This document shows positions 10,291 through 20,392 of a stretch of 62,337 nt of DNA, one piece after another. The stretch is from a virus. Lineage: Duplodnaviria; Caudoviricetes. The stretch spans positions 1 to 62,337 of the IMG/VR virus record IMGVR_UViG_3300036893_000002; one strand, 5' to 3'. Position 1 is the first letter of the stretch, and every line of letters starts with the position of its first letter. The notes below the pieces were generated by a model. It made no database searches and had not been told where the DNA came from. It saw nothing but the letters and a program-made list of their open reading frames with translations. Position numbers and translations under genes: made by a program.

Positions 10291-11262
10291 TTAGGTGTAT
10301 ATATTAGTAGATGGTATAGCTGGATTGTTACTACCTTTTAGTAAACTTCCGACGGTATTAAACGGTTCATAATATGTAGATTGTACAAGAGGATTGAATA
10401 AAGAATTGTCTTTTAGTAGCATTAAAGGCGTAAAATCCGATGCCATATAGCTTATTGTCTGTTCTGAAAGTAGGTCATTGCTGGAATATACCACACCATC
10501 GGTAACAAAGTCAACCCCTAATACTCTTCTCCAGCTGGCATTCCCAAGTTCATCGGCAAATAAAAGAGTCATATTAAAAGGAGGGAGCTGATCTACTTTA
10601 ACATAGTTAGTATCTACAGAAATATCGTGAGCATTAATCTGCTGGCTCATAAGAAAACTATAAAGGATATCTACTGTAAACTGTGTAAGAACCATAGTAC
10701 CAGCGATAGTTCTTCGTCCTCTGGCAAAACCTTTTGGGTTAATATAACCAGCTGCTCTAACTGCTGACTTTTCTCTATGTATTGATATGCTAAAAGTTGT
10801 AGCTTCTACAAGTTGCTTGGTACCTGGATTAGTATTAGAGGTAGTGGTTGCATTAACTAAATCTACTATAATTTTAATATCAGACCCAGTATAGGTTGTA
10901 ATATTAGAATCACTTTCTTGGCTACCATAGACAGCCCCATTAGGATTATAAATCTGTGATCCAGTAGCACTGGTAGGGTTACTAACTAAGTCATTTAAGT
11001 TATAGGAAACATTAATATTCCCAATGGGAACACCTATACTGGCTTGTAATAGTCCAGCATTGGGATTACCAAGGGTACCTAATTGTGTCTGAGCATTCGA
11101 AACAATAGCATTCGCCTGAGCATTCAGAACTATAGGCGAAAGTTCATTTTGATTAGGTTGTTTAGTGGAAAGGGATAGTAACCCACCAGTTAATAATGAT
11201 GTTAAACCGTTGGAACTATCGGGAAATAGCCCACTAGTAACTATACTTAGGTTGGCTGACAT
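10291..11262 (-). CDS. Tail-tube paralogue (possible tube initiator/hub)
   Basis: YTGSDIK..SISIHREKSAV..PKGFARGRRTIAGTMV..DQLPPFNMTL aligns by eye to 11560-12249. Confidence 0.6.
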   Translation of the reverse strand: MSANLSIVTSGLFPDSSNGLTSLLTGGLLSLSTKQPNQNELSPIVLNAQANAIVSNAQTQLGTLGNPNAGLLQASIGVPIGNINVSYNLNDLVSNPTSATGSQIYNPNGAVYGSQESDSNITTYTGSDIKIIVDLVNATTTSNTNPGTKQLVEATTFSISIHREKSAVRAAGYINPKGFARGRRTIAGTMVLTQFTVDILYSFLMSQQINAHDISVDTNYVKVDQLPPFNMTLLFADELGNASWRRVLGVDFVTDGVVYSSNDLLSEQTISYMASDFTPLMLLKDNSLFNPLVQSTYYEPFNTVGSLLKGSNNPAIPSTNIYT

Positions 11263-11270
11263 AAGGGGTT

Positions 11271-11310
11271 AAAAGGAAAAAGGGATGCCAAGCTTGTGCC
11301 AAGGCATCCC
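11271..11310 (-). terminator. Rho-independent terminator
   Basis: Minus strand: GGGATGCC stem with GGCATCCC, followed by TTTTTCCTTTT. Confidence 0.75.
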
Positions 11311-11330
11311 GGTAGGTATAAAGGAAGGAA

Positions 11331-11546
11331 TTAATAACCAGCTACTATATTGCCATTTTGATCTTGTAAGTACCCGTGGGAATTCTTCCACATCTTATCA
11401 ACTGTGTTCCACAGAGCACGTTCTTTATGTCGCTGATACAGACCATAACCTACAGAAGCTCCAAGAATAGATCCAACCGCCAGTGCAGTTTGGTGAGCTT
11501 TAATGAAAGAACCAAAAGCATTCATTGCTTTATTACTATTCAACAA
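11331..11546 (-). CDS. Small Gly-rich hydrophobic-helix protein
   Basis: TTG start with strong AAAGGAGGTG RBS; hydrophobic segment ALAVGSILGASVGYGLY. Confidence 0.55.
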   Translation of the reverse strand: MLNSNKAMNAFGSFIKAHQTALAVGSILGASVGYGLYQRHKERALWNTVDKMWKNSHGYLQDQNGNIVAGY

Positions 11547-11559
11547 AGGTCACCTCCTT

Positions 11560-12249
11560 TTATCCGTTACCAGATATATCTGGGAAGGCTGTCTGAACTG
11601 CCTGCCAAGGTTCTACAAGTCTAGCAACCCAGGTAGCCTGCATTTCAGTAACTGCGTCGTCAATTGAAACACCTGAACCTTCATTCAAGATTTCAACTGC
11701 GAAGATCTTCATAGTAGTAGCTGCACCAATTTCATTGGTACCGGCTAATGTGATATCAAATGGAAGGATCTGATCTGAATACCAAGGAGCAGCTTCAGAC
11801 TTGAATCCAGAGACAGAGTTCAAAGGAACTTCTTGACTGTTTACTGTAGCTGGAAGCGGAATAGCAGCTGTCCTGGTAAGAGTAGAAGTAAAGATTGCTG
11901 TCTGAGAAAGGAACTGTGATGTAGCTGGAGAATAAGCTGGTCTAATATCGTCCACATTAGCAACGAAAACTCCGCTAGTCTGGTAAACAACATCTAATAG
12001 AGCGTGTCTATCAAAGTTGATCCATACTAATGAACCAGCAACACCACGCTTATTACGACTAAAAGCACGGGGATCTGGTGAACCCATTGTATAAACAGGA
12101 GCCTTTTCTCTGGTTACACTGTAGCTAATTGCCTGAATCTCAGCAAAAGGAGTATTACCGATAACCGCACGAATATCTGACCCAGAGAATGAGTTATAAG
12201 ATCGGGCGATCTCGGACTCCATTGAATTACCACCAACATTAATAGCCAT
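11560..12249 (-). CDS. Tail tube protein
   Basis: 229 aa directly downstream of the sheath gene; FSGSDI..ISYSVTREKAPVYTMGS..RNKRGVAGSL..PFDITL..NEGSGVSIDD. Confidence 0.7.
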   Translation of the reverse strand: MAINVGGNSMESEIARSYNSFSGSDIRAVIGNTPFAEIQAISYSVTREKAPVYTMGSPDPRAFSRNKRGVAGSLVWINFDRHALLDVVYQTSGVFVANVDDIRPAYSPATSQFLSQTAIFTSTLTRTAAIPLPATVNSQEVPLNSVSGFKSEAAPWYSDQILPFDITLAGTNEIGAATTMKIFAVEILNEGSGVSIDDAVTEMQATWVARLVEPWQAVQTAFPDISGNG

Positions 12250-12290
12250 ATTATGTGACTCCTGAAAGGAACTTCTAAGGAAGGAATTTT

Positions 12291-12327
12291 AAGAAGAAAG
12301 GAGGGAGTACTTATTAGATACTCCCTC
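12291..12327 (-). terminator. Terminator/attenuator between sheath and tube genes
   Basis: Minus strand: GAGGGAGTA-loop-TACTCCCTC followed by CTTTCTTCTT. Confidence 0.6.
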
Positions 12328-12333
12328 TAGATT

Positions 12334-14547
12334 TTATTGATTTAGATTAATTCCCACAGTTGCATTAAGCTGAACAAGTTCATTAGCAGGAACGAAGCTG
12401 ACCTGAATACTTGCCTGTCCAATCTTTTGCTGTGCAAGCGTAGAAGTAATCGTGAAGTTGTATGAACTTAGATAACCACGCTTCTGTAGATTTAGCAAAT
12501 CGGCATCCAAAGCAGTCTTTAAAGATGTCAATGTTAGACCATCAGTGGTGCTGTTTCCGATATAGTTGTCAGCTTCTTCTAATAGAGTCTGAACAACTAA
12601 GAACTTAATTCTCTGACGTAGAGTAAAGATATAATCAGATACTGCATTTGCAGCGGTCTTATCGTGTAATGTTACAGGTAGACTTCCAACACCCTTGTAG
12701 CGTAACATATTAATATTAGCCTGGGTTAGAGAGTCTAATTGATTCAAAGAGGCACGATATAGTTGCTGAACACCAGCTACCTGTTTATTAGTTAGAGCTT
12801 TCTGCTGATCTAATGAACTGGTTAATCCTGCCATAACACCTGCTATGTTACCTACATAGGTACCAAAGTTATTTGACATTAAGCAGTAATCACCTTGTAC
12901 GGCAATGTATGCTCCAATATCTACCTTATAACCGTTAGCATCTATTTGTGCACCACCATCGTATTCACCACTAATTGTCAGATATAGTCCTGGAGTTCGT
13001 CCAGTACCTGCGTCAGTGCAAGCTGCATTCAAACTTCCAGCAGTTGCTCCGACTAAGAGAGGAATACCAAGTAAACCAGTTCCAGAAGTAGTTGGGGGAC
13101 TTGTAACACCAGTAAGTGCGCTGTAAACTGGTAAGACACCAATCCAAGTTCTGATTGCTGATAGGTTGAAATTGCTCAAGCTAACCGGACCAGAAGTCCC
13201 GATAAACCCGAAGCAACCACCGTGATCTGCCTGAGGAGCTTCAGCAGCTGCTTCACAGAATCTTGCCAACTGATATGGAAAGTGCACTTCATGGAAACCA
13301 TTCTGTTGAACATTACCTGAACCTACTCCAGCTGCTAATCTTGGAGTTGGAGTAGTAAAAGTCTGAGTAGTAGCAGTAACTGGACTTGAATTACCCTGTA
13401 GAGCTAATGAACTATGTGATACTGTATTGTAATCCCAGAACACAGTTTCGGATGCCCACTGGTAGCAAGGATTACCGTAGTAGTCAACACCAGTCCAGAG
13501 CCAATCAAGAGCATTAGCATTGGTAGCTGGATTGTTAGTAGCTGTTGCAGAATTACTGGAAACATAATAAGCTACGTTAGGGTTGTCAGTAATGACATTT
13601 GGAGTATAGACAAAGTCAACTGGGAAACCCTGTAAGATATTCATTGCATTCTGCTGAGCAATATAGAGCTGCCTATTTGTTAATCCAATACCTGTCTGAG
13701 GGGCAACATATACTGGAACAAGATCTTGAGAAGTTGGTGATAATGCTAATAGCTGAGTGATAGTTAGAGCATTAGCAATAGTATCTGGGTTATTAGATAC
13801 AGAGTTATTAATTGGTAAACCACCAACAGCTGTTCCACTAATCGTACAATCACCTGTGTTTACATTATAAGCTGGGTCGTTGGAGTAAACCATACTTCCA
13901 TCCAGCCAGATAGAAAGTAGTCCATCATTATACCAAACCTGGTAACGAGTAAGATCAGCAGTGTCCACCTGACCAAGAACAACTGAATAACCAGCTGCTG
14001 TAGGAACTGCTATTGAACCAGTTCCGAGAACTGATTCGGTAGACACTGTAGACGAAGCTACTTTGATTACACCAGTTGATGTATTAACTGAAGTAATGGC
14101 TGACGATGTGACATTATAACCAGATGGGGTAAAACCAGTAGTAGTTAGAAGAGCACCAACAACGGCATCGTCAGGAAGTGGAGTATTAAATGTAAATGAA
14201 ATTGAACCACTTGAGTAAGTAGCTGCTGTTGCTGAACCCAAGGTTTCAGAACCAGATGTCGTAGCTCCAATTCCAGAAAGAGTTCCCTGTGCTGTTCCAA
14301 TTCTATAAAGATAAACGTTATCGCAATAGGCTCCTACTTCAGACATCGCCCGAGTAAGAGTTCCATTTAAACCGAATACTTGTGCAGCCGTAGCTTGACT
14401 AACTACCTGATAAGGACTATTAGCTGGTCCAATTGCGGAGGTACCAAGAATCAGAACTGATTGATCTGTAGGAGTATTGACTGCGGCAAGGCCACCATCA
14501 ACGGTGACTACCTGAACTCCAGGCAAGTTTTGGTAGGTAAAAGACAT
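12334..14547 (-). CDS. Tail sheath protein
   Basis: 737 aa; N-terminal LPGVQV..ILGTSAIGPANSPYQV..A..VFG and C-terminal YIG..I.VSFVPANELVQL are typical of contractile sheaths. Confidence 0.85.
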   Translation of the reverse strand: MSFTYQNLPGVQVVTVDGGLAAVNTPTDQSVLILGTSAIGPANSPYQVVSQATAAQVFGLNGTLTRAMSEVGAYCDNVYLYRIGTAQGTLSGIGATTSGSETLGSATAATYSSGSISFTFNTPLPDDAVVGALLTTTGFTPSGYNVTSSAITSVNTSTGVIKVASSTVSTESVLGTGSIAVPTAAGYSVVLGQVDTADLTRYQVWYNDGLLSIWLDGSMVYSNDPAYNVNTGDCTISGTAVGGLPINNSVSNNPDTIANALTITQLLALSPTSQDLVPVYVAPQTGIGLTNRQLYIAQQNAMNILQGFPVDFVYTPNVITDNPNVAYYVSSNSATATNNPATNANALDWLWTGVDYYGNPCYQWASETVFWDYNTVSHSSLALQGNSSPVTATTQTFTTPTPRLAAGVGSGNVQQNGFHEVHFPYQLARFCEAAAEAPQADHGGCFGFIGTSGPVSLSNFNLSAIRTWIGVLPVYSALTGVTSPPTTSGTGLLGIPLLVGATAGSLNAACTDAGTGRTPGLYLTISGEYDGGAQIDANGYKVDIGAYIAVQGDYCLMSNNFGTYVGNIAGVMAGLTSSLDQQKALTNKQVAGVQQLYRASLNQLDSLTQANINMLRYKGVGSLPVTLHDKTAANAVSDYIFTLRQRIKFLVVQTLLEEADNYIGNSTTDGLTLTSLKTALDADLLNLQKRGYLSSYNFTITSTLAQQKIGQASIQVSFVPANELVQLNATVGINLNQ

Positions 14548-14574
14548 ATCTATTAACTCCTATGAGATTCTGGT

Positions 14575-15267
14575 TTAAGGCTCAGGTATAATATACCTTT
14601 CAGCCACTTCAAATTCAGTTTGTGGATTTGGAGGTCCACCTATAGTTACTTCTAAAGTCTCAAGGGTCTTAGCCTCGAATGAACTCATTAATTCCAATCT
14701 GACATTGTAAGTCAAAGATCTACTATAAAGTTCCTGTCCATAAGCTCTTTCAAACTTGTCTTCACCACGACTACCAAATCTTAAATCGCTTACTCCTCGA
14801 GCTCTAAAAAAACTAAGATCAAAGATGTAACGCATCATAAACTTATGGAACCAAGCTGTTACTTCATTAGCTCGATCTTGGGATAAACTATAAATCGTAA
14901 AGTTAGCCAGCATATCTTCCCACCAGCCAAACGTTATTAATCTATAACGCTCTTTAGTAGGGTGTGGCTTATTTTCTCTAAGTGTTGGTCCTTTTGGAAC
15001 TCTCTGCTTACCATCAGGACTTGTGGCAGCTCGCTGACTACCACCTATATGAGATATAATTACATCAAAACTGGTCTCAAAATTACCATTGTTTTGCTTA
15101 GGATAATCCCCAGTTAAAATTGGTGCCTTCTGCCCAGGAGGTCCAGACGACTTCAAATGTAATTGAAAAGCTTCCTGAACTGCATCAAAGAATGTATTCC
15201 AATCCACAGCAGGTAAAGGAGTTCGAGTTAAATACAGAGGTTCCCCGATCTCATTAAGCTTTGCCAT
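14575..15267 (-). CDS. Putative tail completion/terminator protein
   Basis: 230 aa immediately upstream of the sheath gene; gene order. Confidence 0.5.
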   Translation of the reverse strand: MAKLNEIGEPLYLTRTPLPAVDWNTFFDAVQEAFQLHLKSSGPPGQKAPILTGDYPKQNNGNFETSFDVIISHIGGSQRAATSPDGKQRVPKGPTLRENKPHPTKERYRLITFGWWEDMLANFTIYSLSQDRANEVTAWFHKFMMRYIFDLSFFRARGVSDLRFGSRGEDKFERAYGQELYSRSLTYNVRLELMSSFEAKTLETLEVTIGGPPNPQTEFEVAERYIIPEP

Positions 15268-15286
15268 AGACGAACTCCATTCGAAA

Positions 15287-15298
15287 CTGGTTAGTATA
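15287..15298 (-). promoter_or_regulatory. Conserved motif TATACTAACCAG (putative late promoter), copy 1
   Basis: Exact 12-mer, intergenic, about 20 bp upstream of the start at 15267. Confidence 0.7.
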
Positions 15299-15313
15299 GT
15301 CTTTTCTCTGCAC

Positions 15314-15940
15314 TTAAACAGATACCTTTTCTAACCCTAACTCAAAGTATTCTACACGTCCATAAATACCTTGATGAGGAGTCGCACTTCTTACCCTCCA
15401 AGATTCAGTTCTGGTAATAGGATAGTAGAGATTACCTTCTGGAGCTACCTTAAGTTCAAAGAGCTTATCTGGAGCTGGACGGGTAGGAATACCGTATCGT
15501 TCATAGTCTGGAATGTCATACCAATACATAAATGCCAAAGCCTTATCCGCATCTACTACACCAAAAGGAGCTAACTGACTCTGCTGAGATATTTGAGTAG
15601 AACTTCCTAATACTGAGCCGAAGTTTTTGGATATATAGACGAGTTTTTGCTGCTCAGTAAAAAGGTACCCTTCCCCATTACAATAAACACAGTTAGGATC
15701 TGGAGAACCTTGATTTGCATCAAAGCACTGACACTTAGTGTTAGATAACTTCCTATAGATAACTGGACGACCTATCCCAGCTTCCTCAAAATCACCCTGC
15801 ATTATACGGTCAAACCACTCCCTAAGGTCTATAGCAGTCATCTCAGGATACATATCTTGAGATGAACCAGTAACTACCTGACCTCCAGTTGGAGGCTGTT
15901 GGTAGTTAGCTGGTCCCTTATATATTATTTTCTGTCCCAT
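15314..15940 (-). CDS. Putative neck/head-closure protein with Cys cluster
   Basis: KCQC..CVYCNGEG motif; position before the tail terminator and sheath genes. Confidence 0.5.
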   Translation of the reverse strand: MGQKIIYKGPANYQQPPTGGQVVTGSSQDMYPEMTAIDLREWFDRIMQGDFEEAGIGRPVIYRKLSNTKCQCFDANQGSPDPNCVYCNGEGYLFTEQQKLVYISKNFGSVLGSSTQISQQSQLAPFGVVDADKALAFMYWYDIPDYERYGIPTRPAPDKLFELKVAPEGNLYYPITRTESWRVRSATPHQGIYGRVEYFELGLEKVSV

Positions 15941-17172
15941 TAGGCTGTAGTCTTGATACCAAATTCAGCTGCGTTTACACCTGATATTGTCCAGGCAGTT
16001 GTAGTATTTGGATCTACTTCAAAGAACCCTTGATAAGGAGTATAAGCATTTTCAGCTAAAGGAAAATCTGTACCATTATCAGCGACGGTCGTGCTACTCT
16101 TAGTAACCGATCTAATAGATCTGGTAGCAGAGTCGTCTTTCTGAGCTCGCATATTAACAGCAACTCCAAAAACTGAAGCTCCAGAAACAGCACCAAATGT
16201 ATATCTATCCTGATCACTTACAGTAGCATCAGATAGATAAGACTGGTTATCATCTGGTAAAGGTTCATTAATAAAGTTATAATTTGAAAGAGGTGCCTTT
16301 TGAATTAATGTCCAAGTAACGTGGTTATCTGTTGTTGTACTTCCCAAAGCACCTGTACTCCAGGTTGGAGGAGAAGAACCAGTTTTATCATCGCCAGTAA
16401 AGTTTGTTACCCTCTGGAGATTACCATTGGAGTCTATAATTTGTTGATCTGTAAACATAACTGTTGAAGCAACCCAAGAGGCAGCATTTTGTGTATAATT
16501 ATTAAGAGTACCATTACCCGTTGGAAAACTAGCTTGAATCTTAACATCACCTAAGTAAGTATTATTTACAGACCCTGATGTGTTCAACAAATACAAATCG
16601 TCGTAATATTCTACCTGTTCGGTACCATTGTTGAAAATTACACCCAACACCAACGCCGAGGCACTAGCATTTGATGTGGCTTTCGTATTCTGACCACTCA
16701 ATTGAATAATGTAGTTTCCATCCACCTTTAACTCAGCCACACCAGCACTACCATCTATTGTTACTTTAACTTCTAAGTAGTGCCATGTAGAAAAACTCAG
16801 AGCGTAGGATGTTTGAGATCCTAATAATGCAGAATAACCAGCTGCAAGACCACCACCACGGAAAAACTGAAAGTTTCCTGTTGAGGTAATTAACAAGCCA
16901 ATCTGACTTGTATTTCCATCCAAAAAACTAATTATAGGTGCCGATGCTACGGGAGAACCAGTCAACTGAAAAGCAAAGCCAGCTATTAAAGTTGTCTGGG
17001 CAGATATATTCTTTTGTAAACCAATGTTACCTCCGAATATCTTCAGAGCTGCAGAACCGTTTCTAACAATAGCCGATTGTATAGAAATCTGTGAGCCTAG
17101 TCCTAAGATAATATCGTATTTATCTAATACATTAAAATAATGATCAAACGAATCAACAAATAAAAGTGACAT
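15940..17172 (-). CDS. Virion lectin-like (ConA/LamG-type) protein with inserted carbohydrate-binding-like module
   Basis: DSFD..WHYLEVKVTID..YYDDLY..W....NAAEFG; full-length paralogue of 17184-18380. Confidence 0.55.
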   Translation of the reverse strand: MSLLFVDSFDHYFNVLDKYDIILGLGSQISIQSAIVRNGSAALKIFGGNIGLQKNISAQTTLIAGFAFQLTGSPVASAPIISFLDGNTSQIGLLITSTGNFQFFRGGGLAAGYSALLGSQTSYALSFSTWHYLEVKVTIDGSAGVAELKVDGNYIIQLSGQNTKATSNASASALVLGVIFNNGTEQVEYYDDLYLLNTSGSVNNTYLGDVKIQASFPTGNGTLNNYTQNAASWVASTVMFTDQQIIDSNGNLQRVTNFTGDDKTGSSPPTWSTGALGSTTTDNHVTWTLIQKAPLSNYNFINEPLPDDNQSYLSDATVSDQDRYTFGAVSGASVFGVAVNMRAQKDDSATRSIRSVTKSSTTVADNGTDFPLAENAYTPYQGFFEVDPNTTTAWTISGVNAAEFGIKTTA

Positions 17173-17183
17173 AATCTCTCCTA

Positions 17184-18380
17184 TTATCCACTTACCTTAA
17201 CGCCAAATTCAGCTGCGTTTAAGTTAGTAAGGCTCCACTGAGCACTTGTATGTGGGTCAGTTTCAAATGTAGCTGAGAAACCCTGGAAGCTGTTTTGAGT
17301 GAGGGTAAAATCTGTACCGTTATCTGTTGTAGTAGCTCCACTTTTTACAGCTGCTCTAATAAGTCTGGTACCGACGTCATCTTTCTCAGCCCTAATCTTA
17401 ACAGTTACTCCCCATACAGAACTACCTGTTGCTGCTGGATATAGGTATCTATCTATATCTCCAATTGAAGCATCACTTAGCCAAGCAGGAGTATCATTCG
17501 GAGTACCACTATTTACGAAGTTATAGTTAGATAACGGACTATCCTGTATACAAGTCCATACAGCACCACCATCATTTGTAGTCAAACCTACTGTAGCATT
17601 CCAGGTTGGGTGGCTACCACTCCCGCTGGTACCGTGAGTAGTACATCTCTGAAGGTTACCATTAGAGTCTACTATATCGGCTCCTAAAGCATAAGAAGTT
17701 GAAGCTGCCCAGCTGGCGGATACCTGAGTAAAGTTATTGGTAGTACCATTAGCATTAGGAAGTACACCCACAACCTTAGTATCTCCTAAGAATGTAGTAT
17801 AAGCTCCACCATTTGTGGGATCCATTACATATAAGTCGTCCATATAACCTGAATTACTAGCACCAGCTAATCCAGTCCATACAAGCTGATTGGCTGTGCT
17901 ATTAGAACTTACTCTGGTATTCTGAGAGCTCAAACTAATCTGCTGAACACCATCTACATAGAGCTGGCAAACTCCAGCTGAAGGATCAATCGTAACTTTG
18001 ACTTCAATGTAGTGCCAAGCATTAAAAGACATCATATAACTAGATAAAGATCCTAAGGCTACAGAACCACCCCTCCAAAATTGGAATTGTCCAACAGAAT
18101 TAATATCCAGTTCAACTTGATTAGTACTGGTATCTTCAAATCTTATTAAAGCTGTTTGGCCAGCACCAGTAAGGTAGAGAGCAAACCCAACTATATATGT
18201 AGCTCTAGAAGCAAATACTAAAGTAGCCCCTGCGAAAACACCTAAAGCTAAACTATATGCTCCATTTCTAGCATGGCTATTAGTAGTATAAGTGGTTACA
18301 GAAGTCCATGGCTGTGCCAGGGTACTATTCTGATTTCCATATAGGTCAAAAGAGTCTGTAAATAAAATTGAACTTGGCAT
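17184..18380 (-). CDS. Virion lectin-like protein, paralogue of 15940-17172
   Basis: Same architecture: WHYIEVKVTID, MDDLY, DSNGNLQRCT, NAAEFG. Confidence 0.55.
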   Translation of the reverse strand: MPSSILFTDSFDLYGNQNSTLAQPWTSVTTYTTNSHARNGAYSLALGVFAGATLVFASRATYIVGFALYLTGAGQTALIRFEDTSTNQVELDINSVGQFQFWRGGSVALGSLSSYMMSFNAWHYIEVKVTIDPSAGVCQLYVDGVQQISLSSQNTRVSSNSTANQLVWTGLAGASNSGYMDDLYVMDPTNGGAYTTFLGDTKVVGVLPNANGTTNNFTQVSASWAASTSYALGADIVDSNGNLQRCTTHGTSGSGSHPTWNATVGLTTNDGGAVWTCIQDSPLSNYNFVNSGTPNDTPAWLSDASIGDIDRYLYPAATGSSVWGVTVKIRAEKDDVGTRLIRAAVKSGATTTDNGTDFTLTQNSFQGFSATFETDPHTSAQWSLTNLNAAEFGVKVSG

Positions 18381-18395
18381 ATGTCCTCACTATCT

Positions 18396-18407
18396 CTGGT
18401 TAGTATA
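18396..18407 (-). promoter_or_regulatory. TATACTAACCAG motif, copy 2
   Basis: Exact 12-mer, intergenic, upstream of the start at 18380. Confidence 0.7.
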
Positions 18408-18412
18408 CTTAA

Positions 18413-19279
18413 TTACTGAACTGCTAATGTCTGTGGGTATAACTGCCCCATAACAGGTACAGAAGGAGTAAAAGCTGTACTCGCTAGATGGGTATTATTC
18501 CCCGTAAGGTTATTATTACCAATGGTTAGAATATGTTGACTTTCTATATAAGTATTGTTACCTGTAAAGTTATTGTTACCTGCTGTATAGGTTAATTGAG
18601 TAGCTGGAGTTACTGTATTATTAGAGATAGACACTAGAATCCCATGAGTGTCTGACCCACCATTGCTACAATTACCAACCATTTGCCAAGTTCCAGTAAA
18701 TGTAGTACTAAAAGTAAATAAAGCAGAGTTAATATTTACAGCGGAGCTATTATTAGCATATACCTGTGTTCCAGTACCAGCTCCAGAAATACCGACAGTC
18801 CAAGTACTAGAAGAGTTAGAAGGATTAAAGCATATCGCAAGAAATAAATCAGTTGAGTTTACAGTTGTAATATAGCCACTATAAAGTGCGTTCGCATAGT
18901 CTACATACCCAGATGCTCCGTCTAAAGCACCACTTGTAGGAGTTCCACTTAGCTCCAGAATATCAAGATTTATTTCCTCACCTATCGTAGATGTAACAGT
19001 AATTGTATTAGCTCCTGCGGCGCAGTTCTGAAAACCCCAAACTGTAACTTGTGAATTGCCTCCACCATTAGTTCCTTCAGGACCCTGAATTATCTGTGAA
19101 TAAGTCTGTGTCTGACTATCAGCTACAGAGAGCACACCAAGAGCGGTTGCCTTATTTACACTGGCAATAGCAACTAACATATTACCAGCAGTATTATTAC
19201 TGGTAAAAGTAGCAGCTGCGGAAGTCATTGAACTACTTGTAGCTGCTGTATTCTTATATTGGACAACAGCTACTGCCAT
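18413..19279 (-). CDS. Ser/Thr/Asn-rich beta-rich virion protein
   Basis: Composition and location in the fibre/decoration cluster. Confidence 0.45.
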   Translation of the reverse strand: MAVAVVQYKNTAATSSSMTSAAATFTSNNTAGNMLVAIASVNKATALGVLSVADSQTQTYSQIIQGPEGTNGGGNSQVTVWGFQNCAAGANTITVTSTIGEEINLDILELSGTPTSGALDGASGYVDYANALYSGYITTVNSTDLFLAICFNPSNSSSTWTVGISGAGTGTQVYANNSSAVNINSALFTFSTTFTGTWQMVGNCSNGGSDTHGILVSISNNTVTPATQLTYTAGNNNFTGNNTYIESQHILTIGNNNLTGNNTHLASTAFTPSVPVMGQLYPQTLAVQ

Positions 19280-20383
19280 TTATTCATACCTCATTAAACA
19301 AGCACCAGACTCTTCTCTTTGATATAAAGAACCTGTATTAGCTAAATATCCTACTTTAGAAGCAATGTAGTTATGATTACTACCGTATATTGAAATGGTC
19401 AGCTGGGCCCCTTCTGCAACATCATATGCACAAGCAGCAGCAAAACCTAACATAGGATTACCTAAATAACCTATTAAAGGAAATACAGGGCAGGCTGCCG
19501 TTGAACCATTAAAATTACCGGTGGTTGGTGATATAGAAGTAGTTACAAAACATAACCAAGCAAACTCTCTAGGAGTAGCCAATCCATTATAATAAGTCTG
19601 TTGAAACCATGTATTATTATTAGTTGGGGAAAAGCCAACTAAAAGAGAGAAATAAGAAGTAGTGTTATTACCACTTGTATCCTTACTACGCTCAACACCA
19701 AAAACGTTACAATAGTTAGTAGCACCTTGCCACATCATAAATCTTATTTCACCAGCATTGCCAGAAGCATAACAAGGTATTAAAGTACCACCATTATTAT
19801 TTTGGTTAGTAGCAGAAGTAGTAATTTGACCACCACTACTATTACCTGTCATTGTACCTGTACCATTAGTAGAAGTACCAGTATTTATATCTATAGCAAC
19901 AGCTGAAGAAGAGTAACCGTAACTCATCTTTATATAGATAGGAGTAGTACTAGCATAAGAATCTGTAGCCTGCCAGATTTCATAGTTAGCAACATAGCTT
20001 GATGATGGCAAAGAGGTAATTTTAGTTACTACTCCAGTTGACCCTGATTCAGCCACAGCAGAGGCATTAACTACAGTAAAGGTAGTTCCTGTAAAAGAGG
20101 TAATAACAAATGTCCCATTATTAGCTGAATGAGTCATACCTGTGATGTTTAAAGCTCGGCCATTGGCGAGAGCCAGCCCAGTAAGAGAGTTATATGTATA
20201 AATTCCATTACTACCTGATACAGATACAGCTGTTAGGTTCATACCAGACCACATAACTTGACCAGTATCATTAGTCTGAACCCATCCAAAAGTCTGAAAT
20301 GCAATGGACATAAATGTAGACCAAGATACATAGTTAGCTAAGGTTGAGTTATCTGCTGGGCAGTTTGCTGTATATGTTGCCAT
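19280..20383 (-). CDS. Virion fibre/decoration protein with inserted small beta module (ANNGTF)
   Basis: Composition; module shared with 27686-28408. Confidence 0.45.
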   Translation of the reverse strand: MATYTANCPADNSTLANYVSWSTFMSIAFQTFGWVQTNDTGQVMWSGMNLTAVSVSGSNGIYTYNSLTGLALANGRALNITGMTHSANNGTFVITSFTGTTFTVVNASAVAESGSTGVVTKITSLPSSSYVANYEIWQATDSYASTTPIYIKMSYGYSSSAVAIDINTGTSTNGTGTMTGNSSGGQITTSATNQNNNGGTLIPCYASGNAGEIRFMMWQGATNYCNVFGVERSKDTSGNNTTSYFSLLVGFSPTNNNTWFQQTYYNGLATPREFAWLCFVTTSISPTTGNFNGSTAACPVFPLIGYLGNPMLGFAAACAYDVAEGAQLTISIYGSNHNYIASKVGYLANTGSLYQREESGACLMRYE

Positions 20384-20392
20384 TTTTTATCC

